From: Candidatus Saganbacteria bacterium
GTDB lineage: Bacteria > Margulisbacteria > WOR-1 > JAKLHX01
DNA length: 32,000 nt
NCBI GenBank assembly: GCA_026387835.1
Contig: JAPLKZ010000013.1
Span: forward strand, 60,001 to 92,000
Direction: 5' to 3'
This document shows positions 1 to 7,034 of this stretch, one piece after another. Position 1 is the first letter of the stretch. Each line of letters begins with the position of its first letter. The notes under the pieces were generated by a model that searched no databases, had not been told where the DNA came from, and saw only the letters and a program-made list of their open reading frames with translations. Made by a program: the position numbers and the translations under genes.

Positions 1-51
1 TTTTTTTTGGTCTTCCCTGATCTCGAAAGTACCGAGATTTCTTCTGAACAT
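1..51 (-). CDS. 5' end of an unidentified gene running off the window (MFRRNLGTFEIREDQKK...)
   Basis: An ATG (complement of 49-51) is preceded by AAGGAG about 7 nt upstream on the minus strand. Only 17 codons are visible, so no product can be assigned. Confidence 0.35.
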   Translation of the reverse strand, partial: MFRRNLGTFEIREDQKK

Positions 52-139
52 ATTTCACTCCTTTGCCGCTATTTACTTGCAGCAAAGGTCTCTATACCAT
101 TTATCGTTTATTAGGAGCACAGACTTGCATGTGATACGA

Positions 140-535
140 TCACACGTGGTAGATTATCCCGCTTTTGCCCCAGAGGTCTTCGAGTTTGTATCTTGAGCGC
201 TCTTCCGTCCCCATGACATGCGCGATGACGCTGATCATGTCGAGTATCATCCAGTTCGAATCCGGCCGGCCCTGCCAGCGCGGAACCCTGACAGAGTTCT
301 TTTCCAGGACTTCATCTATGCCGCCGGCGATTGCGCCTGTCTGGGCTTTTGAAGAAGAGGAGCAGATGACAAAATAATTGCAGACGGATGAACTTTTCCT
401 TACATCTATTATCTCGATATCCTCAGCTTTTTTGTCAACAGCGCCTTTTGCGATGAGTTGCGCGAGCTTTTGAGAGGTGATCTCTTTGGGCCTGTCCGTT
501 CTTTTAGTTGGCTGCCGTCTCTTTCGGGATCTCAT
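140..535 (-). CDS. rsfS: Ribosomal silencing factor RsfS (iojap family)
   Basis: 131 aa with the typical RsfS core (KKAEDIEIIDVRKSSSVCNYFVICSSSS...WMILDM..VIAHVM..EERSRYKLEDLW). It lies downstream of yqeK, as in many bacteria. Confidence 0.85.
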   Translation of the reverse strand: MRSRKRRQPTKRTDRPKEITSQKLAQLIAKGAVDKKAEDIEIIDVRKSSSVCNYFVICSSSSKAQTGAIAGGIDEVLEKNSVRVPRWQGRPDSNWMILDMISVIAHVMGTEERSRYKLEDLWGKSGIIYHV

Positions 536-1481
536 TTACCCTCCTTCCTCTAAGGTATTGGTCGACTATAGGGATCACCTTGTCCATTTCAGGCTGCAGG
601 TAATAGATCCCATCGATCCTTGTGGATGTGCCGGGAATAGAGACCACCGCGATATTTCCTATCTCGTAGGACTGCCTTACCATGGACGCAAGTCCCAGGA
701 TCTGCGATGTGGATAAATTGGTCTCGACGCACCCCAGCATATCCATCAGCAGCTGGTAGACCTGCACGATATTCTTTGTGCCGGCCATTTCGGTTACAAC
801 TTCCTGAAGGAATTTTTGCTGGCGCTTTATGCGCCCAAAATCACCTTTTGCGTCATGCCGGAAGCGCAGGTAGCCTATCGCCTGTTTCCCGTTCAATCTC
901 TGTACTCCGGGCTTGAGGTCTATAAAAAGTCCTCCGGCGTAATCGACATAGTACATCCTCTGGTCCACATCGACCATCACTCCGCCGAGCCTGTCGATTA
1001 TATTTGCAAGGCCGTCTACTTTTATCTTGATATAGTAGTTGATGGGTACGTTCAGAAAACTTGATGTTGTCGCGCAGGCCAGTTCGGGGCCTCCGAAGGC
1101 GTACGCGTGATTTATTTTATCTATCCTGATCCCCGGGATGACGACGAGAGTATCTCTGGGGATCGATACGATGCTTACTGTCTTGCTTTCGGGATCGATA
1201 TGCATGACCATGATCGTGTCGGACCTGTTGACGCCTTCGGTGGCATCAATGCCAAGAAGCAGGATGTTCATCTCGGGGAACTGTACATTTGAAGGGGACA
1301 AAGTAAAAAGCATCTCGAATACCGATATCCGGCTGAGGATAAATGAGGCTGTAAACCCCAGAAAAGCGGAAAGAACTACAAGGATGACAGTGAAGAATAT
1401 CAGAAGTTTTGTCCAAGCTTTTCCCGAAGAATTTAAGCCGGAACGGGCCGCAATCTCCGGAAAAAGTTGTTTATCTGACAT
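504..1481 (-). CDS. LytR-CpsA-Psr (LCP) family protein, N-terminal membrane anchor
   Basis: One TM helix (LLIFFTVILVVLSAFLGFTASFIL) is followed by the LCP core (NILLLGID...RSDTIMVMHID...VSIPRDT...INHAYAFGGP...YYIKIKVDGLANIID.LGGV). Confidence 0.85.
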   Translation of the reverse strand: MSDKQLFPEIAARSGLNSSGKAWTKLLIFFTVILVVLSAFLGFTASFILSRISVFEMLFTLSPSNVQFPEMNILLLGIDATEGVNRSDTIMVMHIDPESKTVSIVSIPRDTLVVIPGIRIDKINHAYAFGGPELACATTSSFLNVPINYYIKIKVDGLANIIDRLGGVMVDVDQRMYYVDYAGGLFIDLKPGVQRLNGKQAIGYLRFRHDAKGDFGRIKRQQKFLQEVVTEMAGTKNIVQVYQLLMDMLGCVETNLSTSQILGLASMVRQSYEIGNIAVVSIPGTSTRIDGIYYLQPEMDKVIPIVDQYLRGRRVNEIPKETAAN

Positions 1482-2051
1482 TTATTTTAAGTAATAATTC
1501 CTTGTAATGACTGTCCGGCAATAGACGGGCAAATTGTTTTTCAAAAGATATTGTATCATCTCTCCTGCCACAAGCGCAATCGCTTTTTCCATGTTCTTTT
1601 TCGCGGCCCCCCTTATTTTTTTTACATGGTGTTGTTTTCTGCCGGGTTCGATATGGTCCGCCAGATAAATGATCTTTTCAAGCTTTGTCATGTTTTCTTT
1701 TCCGGCGGTGTGATGGCCGATCGCGGAAAGGACCTCCCTGTCTTTTATCCCAAAATGCTTTCTGGCGATGACCGCGCTCACTTTGTCATGTAAAAGCTTC
1801 GGGTTCTGCAGGACGAAGCTGTCCAGTCTCAGTTTTTCTTTTTTTGCGGTTTTCAGCAGTTCACCGGGAGAAAGGGATTTTGCGCAATCATGGAGCAGTC
1901 CCGCTATCGTGGCTTTTTTTATGTCCGCGCCGTGGATCCTGGCCAGGCGGACAGCCGTTTTTGAAACTGACAAGCTGTGATCGAAGCGCTCGGCATCCAG
2001 AAGACAGCGCAGTTTTTCTTTTAATGATTTTTCTTCAGCCATGCTTTTCAA
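1482..2051 (-). CDS. yqeK: HD-domain phosphohydrolase, YqeK family
   Basis: HD motifs RFDHSLSV and GLLHDCAK with GHHT, about 190 aa, adjacent to rsfS. The start is uncertain: TTG at 2051 or ATG at 2042. Confidence 0.8.
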   Translation of the reverse strand: MKSMAEEKSLKEKLRCLLDAERFDHSLSVSKTAVRLARIHGADIKKATIAGLLHDCAKSLSPGELLKTAKKEKLRLDSFVLQNPKLLHDKVSAVIARKHFGIKDREVLSAIGHHTAGKENMTKLEKIIYLADHIEPGRKQHHVKKIRGAAKKNMEKAIALVAGEMIQYLLKNNLPVYCRTVITRNYYLK

Positions 2052-2071
2052 TATAAATATTATACCTCAAG

Positions 2072-2100
2072 TTGACGTGGATTTACCGAGATCCTATAAT
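2072..2100 (+). promoter_or_regulatory. Sigma-70-type promoter, TTGACG-17 nt-TATAAT, 6 nt upstream of the ATG
   Basis: TTGACG 2072-2077, a 17-nt spacer, TATAAT 2095-2100, then tgaaac and ATG at 2107. There is no SD, which implies a leaderless transcript. Confidence 0.55.
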
Positions 2101-2106
2101 TGAAAC

Positions 2107-2850
2107 ATGAAAAATATAACGGCGGTGATCCTTGCCGCCGGCAAAGGCACAAGGATGAAGTCCGACATGCCCAAAGTGCTGCACAAGCTTTGCGGAAAAC
2201 CCCTGTTGAGCTATGTGCTTGGATCAGTCAAAAAACTCGGGATAGCAGCGCCTTACGTAATAGTGGGCTACCAGGCCGGCAAAGTTAAAGCGTTGTACAA
2301 AGGCCGCAGCCTCCGTTTTGTCCTGCAGAAAAAGCAGCTGGGCACGGGGCACGCGCTGATGCAGACAAAGCCTTTTTTTGCCGGAAAAAATGTGACGATA
2401 CTTGTGCTGAACGGGGATATGCCCCTTATCAATGCCGATGTGCTCACAAAGCTGATCAGGCATCACCGTAAAAAAAACGCTTCCGCGACGGTTTTAACCG
2501 CCCTGATCGACGATCCATCGGGATACGGGCGAGTGATCAGGGACAAGCGCCTTGACATCGAGAAGATCGTGGAGCAGAAAGACGCGGTCCCCGGGGAGCT
2601 TGAGGTGAAAGAAATAAACACCGGGACATACTGTTTTGAAAGCGGGGAAATATTCTCTTCTCTGGACGAGATCAGGCCCGAGAACAGCCAGCACGAATAC
2701 TACCTCACGGACATAATACAGATACTGAAAAAACACCGTAAAAAAATCTCGGCCTGCTGCATGGATGACCCGTCACTTGCGATAGGCGTGAACACAAAAG
2801 AGCACCTTGAAGCCGCGGAAAAGATCATAAAAAGAAAAAGGACCGTTTGA
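2107..2850 (+). CDS. UDP-N-acetylglucosamine pyrophosphorylase-like nucleotidyltransferase (GlmU N-terminal domain only)
   Basis: AVILAAGKGTRMKSDMPKVLH, LGTGHAL, LNGDMPLI, DDPSGYGRVIRD, EINTGTYCF and EYYLTDII match the GlmU uridyltransferase domain. At 247 aa it has no left-handed beta-helix acetyltransferase domain. Confidence 0.8.
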   Translation: MKNITAVILAAGKGTRMKSDMPKVLHKLCGKPLLSYVLGSVKKLGIAAPYVIVGYQAGKVKALYKGRSLRFVLQKKQLGTGHALMQTKPFFAGKNVTILVLNGDMPLINADVLTKLIRHHRKKNASATVLTALIDDPSGYGRVIRDKRLDIEKIVEQKDAVPGELEVKEINTGTYCFESGEIFSSLDEIRPENSQHEYYLTDIIQILKKHRKKISACCMDDPSLAIGVNTKEHLEAAEKIIKRKRTV

Positions 2851-2930
2851 TATAAAAGGGCATTATGCGGTCCGCGTGGTATAATTGATGGATAAAAATC
2901 GGGTGTCCGCTAAGATCACGGAGATCATTG

Positions 2931-4235
2931 ATGAATAAAATTCTTATCTTTTCAAAAGACCCGTCAGTCTGCCCCGGCATCGAAAATATGCTTAGCGGCA
3001 GTTACAACGTGCACAGCGTTTCAGACCTGAACGAAGCTCTCGAGCACATGAGGAACAAGCATTCCGACATCATAGTGATCGACGGCGACTGCGAGGGGAT
3101 AAACGGCCTTGAAGCCTTTAAGACCATAAAAAGCGTGGTGCCGCACCTGAAGGCAGTGATGATCTCAAAGAAAGGCAATATCAACGAAGCTGTGGCAGCC
3201 GCAAAAAAGGGAGTACTCGAACTCATACCCAAACCGCTAAGCAAGGAATCGCTGGAGGGATCGATCGAAAAGATAATTTCAAGGTCGCAGTATCCCGGAA
3301 GGATGGTCATTCCTGATGACACGGTCCCATGGCTTGAAGGGACAAGCGCTGTTGTACAGGAGATGTTCGTTAAGATCGAGGAGGCGGCTTTAAGCGAGCA
3401 GGATGTGATGCTTATCGGCACTATAGGCGCTTCAAAAAAAATGGTCGGCCGCCTGATCCATGACAATTCCCCTAACAGGAAAAAGAAATTTATTGAACTG
3501 AACCTGACGGCTTTTGAAAAGGAGTCTTCAGAATCCATGTTCTGGACGGCCGTGAACGAGCTTCTTGCCGATCATTCATCTGATACAAGGTCCGAGAAAG
3601 AGGCCAGCGGCACTATATTCCTGGACGGGTTCGACCTCCTGCCGGTGCATTTTGAGCAGAGCATCCTGGAATTCCTGAAGAACAGGAGCGCTGCCAAGAT
3701 CGACAAGTCTATCAAGATAATTCTTGGTACGGCCGGCGACATTGCCGTCAGTATGGAAGGCAAGGGAAAGTTGATCGAAGATTTTATAAAGATCCGCATC
3801 CCTGAAATAGAGGAAAGAAAAGAAGATATCCCTGCGATGCTCAAAGCATATACCGATAAATTTTGCGCAAGACATGACAAGAACATCAAGGGTTTTTCAT
3901 CCGACGCGCTTCAACTCATGATGGACTACAGCTGGCCGGGGAACTGCGACGAGCTGAGTTCCGTGGCCGAAGCGGCCGTGCTGAGAGCCAAGGGCGATTA
4001 CATAGATATTTCCGACCTGCCGGTGGACTCTTCAATGATACTGGGCGCGTCGCTTAAAAAGGCCATGGTCAAAGGGGATTGGGACCTTTCATCCTCAAAA
4101 GATATATTCCATAAAAGATTGATAAATACAGTGCTAAAGAGCAGCGGGAACGACACTGATGCCGCCTCAAGGATCCTGGACGTTCCGAAAACTACCATCC
4201 TGGACAGCGTCAAAAAGCTCGGGATACGTATCTAG
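2931..4235 (+). CDS. NtrC-family response regulator homologue (receiver + degenerate AAA+ sigma-54 interaction domain + C-terminal HTH)
   Basis: The receiver domain reads DIIVIDGDCEGINGLE...KP. The central domain is collinear with bEBPs (LEGTS..., FIELNLTAF, GTIFLDG, WPGNCDEL) but has altered catalytic motifs. The tail is Fis-like (AASRILDVPKTTILDSVKKLGI). GGAG lies 8 nt upstream of ATG 2931; the ORF track starts at TTG 2928. Confidence 0.75.
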   Translation: MNKILIFSKDPSVCPGIENMLSGSYNVHSVSDLNEALEHMRNKHSDIIVIDGDCEGINGLEAFKTIKSVVPHLKAVMISKKGNINEAVAAAKKGVLELIPKPLSKESLEGSIEKIISRSQYPGRMVIPDDTVPWLEGTSAVVQEMFVKIEEAALSEQDVMLIGTIGASKKMVGRLIHDNSPNRKKKFIELNLTAFEKESSESMFWTAVNELLADHSSDTRSEKEASGTIFLDGFDLLPVHFEQSILEFLKNRSAAKIDKSIKIILGTAGDIAVSMEGKGKLIEDFIKIRIPEIEERKEDIPAMLKAYTDKFCARHDKNIKGFSSDALQLMMDYSWPGNCDELSSVAEAAVLRAKGDYIDISDLPVDSSMILGASLKKAMVKGDWDLSSSKDIFHKRLINTVLKSSGNDTDAASRILDVPKTTILDSVKKLGIRI

Positions 4236-5587
4236 ACCAGATCTTTCACCTCATCGACAAGGCGTCTTGTGCTTTCAATATCTTTTCCTTCGGCGATCAC
4301 GCGCACGACCGGCTCGGTATTCGAGGCCCTGACGTGTATCCAGCCGTCCGGCAGGTCTATCCTTATTCCGTCTGACATATCCATCTTGCATCCTTTGAAT
4401 TTTTCCCTGACCTTTTCAAGCAATGCTTTTGTGAGGCCGCTGTCGTCAAGAGCGATCTTTTCCTTGATCATATAATACGCCGGTATCTCTTTGATAATAG
4501 AAGACAGTTTTTTGCCTCTGGCGGCAAGGCAGTTCAGTATCAGGCCCATCCCCGTGATGCTGTCGCGGCCGTAACCGACCTTGGGATATATTATCCCGCC
4601 GTTGCCTTCACCACCGGCAGATGCGTTCGTCTGCTTCATCTTTTCGGAGACATTGACTTCGCCGACCTTTGTCCTTTCGAGCGTTGCCCCGTATCTTTTT
4701 GCGGCATCTTCCGTCATCCTGCTTGTCGAAAGATTCGTCACGACGGTCTTTTTCTTGCCGTTCTTTTCCCTTGAAAGGATGAAATCGACAGCAAGCACGA
4801 GGGAATACTCTTCTCCAATGGCTTTTCCTTCGTCAGAAACGATCGAGAGCCGGTCCGCGTCGGGATCCTGCGCGAAACCGATATCAGCACCGAATTTTTT
4901 TACCATGTCGCACAGCGCTTTGAGATTACCCGGAACGGGCTCGAGGCCTCTTAAAGGATCTTTACCCGGCTGCGTGTTTATCGCGATGATCTCGCAGCCG
5001 AGTTTATTTAGAAGCTTTTTTGTAATGACCGATCCGGCGCCGTTGCAGCAGTCGATCGCGACCTTGAAGTTTTTATTCTTGATCAGCTCGACATCGATGC
5101 ATTTGAGCACAAGCCCGACGTGGCGGTCAAGAGCGCCGACATCTTTATGAAAACAACTGGCCGCGAGATCTCCGGAGCTTACACGCGGGCCTTTTTTCAG
5201 GCCTTCATAGATGCCGATAAGTCTTTTTGCCTGCTCTTCGTTCAAAAAGATCCCGTCATCCCTTACGAATTTGAGGCCGTTCCATTCAAGCGGATTGTGG
5301 CTCGCGGTTATTATCATCGCGCCACCGGCTTTCTTGTCCCTGACAGTCACCTGCACGGTGGGTGTCGGCGCGATGCCGATATCGATGACCTCTATCCCGT
5401 TCCTGCAGAGCTCATTTATCACGATGTCCCTGATAAAACCCTCGGAACTTCTTCCGTCGCTCCCAAGTATCACCGTGCCGCCGCCGATATATGAAGAAAA
5501 AGCTTTCGTAAAACCAAGGATCACGTCTTCGGTCAATGATCCTCCTATGGTCCCGCGGACTCCGGATATGCTTACTTTCAGTGTCAT
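4232..5587 (-). CDS. Phosphoglucomutase/phosphomannomutase-family enzyme (possible phosphoglucosamine mutase)
   Basis: Phosphoserine loop ITASHNPLEWNGLKF, metal loop FAQDPDADR, sugar loop GGEGNGG, and N-terminus MTLKVSISGVRG. I place the start at ATG 5587; the ORF track extends to 5668. Confidence 0.85.
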   Translation of the reverse strand: MTLKVSISGVRGTIGGSLTEDVILGFTKAFSSYIGGGTVILGSDGRSSEGFIRDIVINELCRNGIEVIDIGIAPTPTVQVTVRDKKAGGAMIITASHNPLEWNGLKFVRDDGIFLNEEQAKRLIGIYEGLKKGPRVSSGDLAASCFHKDVGALDRHVGLVLKCIDVELIKNKNFKVAIDCCNGAGSVITKKLLNKLGCEIIAINTQPGKDPLRGLEPVPGNLKALCDMVKKFGADIGFAQDPDADRLSIVSDEGKAIGEEYSLVLAVDFILSREKNGKKKTVVTNLSTSRMTEDAAKRYGATLERTKVGEVNVSEKMKQTNASAGGEGNGGIIYPKVGYGRDSITGMGLILNCLAARGKKLSSIIKEIPAYYMIKEKIALDDSGLTKALLEKVREKFKGCKMDMSDGIRIDLPDGWIHVRASNTEPVVRVIAEGKDIESTRRLVDEVKDLV

Positions 5588-5593
5588 GAAGGA

Positions 5594-5602
5594 ATTATAG
5601 CA
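5594..5602 (-). promoter_or_regulatory. Extended -10 element TGcTATAAT, 6 nt upstream of the PGM/PMM ATG
   Basis: The minus strand reads TGcTATAAT-tccttc-ATG(5587), with no SD. Confidence 0.5.
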
Positions 5603-5670
5603 AAAAACCGAGTCCGACTCCAAAAATATCCTTGCAGTTTCCGGAATAGTTTGTATAATATTAAACATAA

Positions 5671-6471
5671 ATGGGAAAAATAGTTTACGGGATGATATCC
5701 CCGCATCCCCCGATACTCGTCCCCCAGATAGGAGGACAAAGGATAAAGGATGCGGAAAAGACGAAAAAGGCGCTGGAAGCCGCTTCGAAAAAGCTGAAGA
5801 CGTTAAATCCTGACACCGTGATCATCATCACTCCTCACGGGGAAATATCACAGACCACGGTGCACGTCTATTCAAGCCATATATTTGAAGGCGACTTCGG
5901 CCAGTTCGGGGCATCGCAGGTCAAGGTTTCATGCAAGGGCGACACGGAGCTTGGCCGCCGTATCGTTAAAGAAGCGTCCGCGACAAAGATCTTTTGCGCG
6001 GAGATAGCAGAATCATATCTTGACCACGGGATAATGGTCCCGCTCCATTATATTCAATCGGCGGGATTCAAGGGGCGCCTGCTGCCCGTGGCGATATCGT
6101 TTTCCTCTCTCAAAGAGCTTTTTGAGTTCGGCAGGATAATGCAGTCGGCGGTAAAAGCTTCCGGAGAAAACGTCGCGATCGTCGCTTCCGCCGACATGTC
6201 GCACAGACTTAAGAAAGACTCTCCGAACGGTTACAGCGAAAAAGGTGCGGTGTTCGATAATAAACTTGTCGAGCTCGTAAAAAACAACGATGTAAACGGC
6301 ATACTTAATTTTGACCCTGTCCTTGCGGAACAGGCCGGCCAGGACGCTCTCTGGTCGATCGCCATTTTGCTCGGTGCTCTTGACGGATTGAGGTGCAGGC
6401 ATGAACTGCTTTCATACGAAGGGCCGTACGGCGTAGGTTATATGGTCGCGAAATATGAGGTAGATCAGTAA
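5671..6471 (+). CDS. Class III extradiol dioxygenase (LigB)/Memo-like fold protein
   Basis: The N-terminus ISPHPPILVP...VIIITPHGE and ADMSHRL resemble the LigB/Memo superfamily. It is coupled to AMMECR1 through a TAATG overlap. Confidence 0.6.
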   Translation: MGKIVYGMISPHPPILVPQIGGQRIKDAEKTKKALEAASKKLKTLNPDTVIIITPHGEISQTTVHVYSSHIFEGDFGQFGASQVKVSCKGDTELGRRIVKEASATKIFCAEIAESYLDHGIMVPLHYIQSAGFKGRLLPVAISFSSLKELFEFGRIMQSAVKASGENVAIVASADMSHRLKKDSPNGYSEKGAVFDNKLVELVKNNDVNGILNFDPVLAEQAGQDALWSIAILLGALDGLRCRHELLSYEGPYGVGYMVAKYEVDQ

Positions 6472-6983
6472 TGTTGCATCCTCTGGTTGTCCTTGCAAAA
6501 AATGCGATCGCTTCCTATGTCAAAGAAAAGAAGATCATCGATGTTCCCGACACTTTGATCCCCGAGATGAAAGGCCGTGCGGGGACATTCGTATCGGTGC
6601 ACACTTTAAACGGAGCTCTGCGCGGCTGCATCGGCACGTTCGCTCCCACACGGGAAAATATTGCAAGGGAGATCATCTACAATGCGATATCGGCGGCGAC
6701 GCAGGACCCGAGATTCCCTCCGATAGAGGCCGATGAACTTGACGGCCTTGATATCTCGGTCGATGTGCTGAGCGAGGCTGTGCCGGTCGGCAGCATTAAA
6801 GAGCTTGATGCAAAAAAATACGGCGTGATCGTGAAAGCGGGCAACAGGAAAGGCCTTTTGCTTCCCGATCTCGACGGCGTGGACACTCCCGAGCATCAGA
6901 TCTCAATATGCAGGAGAAAAGGCGGTATCGGAGAGAGAGAACCGGCCGAGCTGTTCAAATTTACCGTAAAAAGATATCATTGA
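6471..6983 (+). CDS. AMMECR1-domain protein (AmmeMemoRadiSam system protein A-like)
   Basis: The hallmark GTFVSVH..GALRGCIGT and DPRFPP motifs are present, in 170 aa. Confidence 0.85.
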   Translation: MLHPLVVLAKNAIASYVKEKKIIDVPDTLIPEMKGRAGTFVSVHTLNGALRGCIGTFAPTRENIAREIIYNAISAATQDPRFPPIEADELDGLDISVDVLSEAVPVGSIKELDAKKYGVIVKAGNRKGLLLPDLDGVDTPEHQISICRRKGGIGEREPAELFKFTVKRYH

Positions 6984-7034
6984 CATAAGAACAGCATCGC
7001 GATACTCTCATATATATAAACAGAAAGGACATAT

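Noticed and set aside
254-263. GTTCGAATCC, a string typical of a tRNA T-loop/T-arm
   Set aside because: The flanking bases (tccag / ggccg) cannot form the 5-bp T-stem, and no acceptor or anticodon arms can be drawn. It lies inside the well-supported rsfS CDS.
2888-2938. 16-codon upstream ORF (MDKNRVSAKITEIIDE) between the TGgTATAAT element (2877-2885) and the bEBP start
   Set aside because: Its ATG begins only 2 nt after the -10 hexamer, so it would not be on the transcript. There is no SD, and it is probably just leader sequence.
5588-5668. ORF-track N-terminal extension of the PGM/PMM gene, which would put its ATG 2 bp from the divergent ATG at 5671
   Set aside because: Family members start at MTLKVSISGVRG-like sequence. 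An extended -10 (TGcTATAAT) sits 6 nt upstream of ATG 5587, inside the supposed extension. I trimmed similar extensions for rluD (12729-12773), the OMP (18093-18119), the aminotransferase (22282-22314) and the large HExxH ORF (23185-23247).
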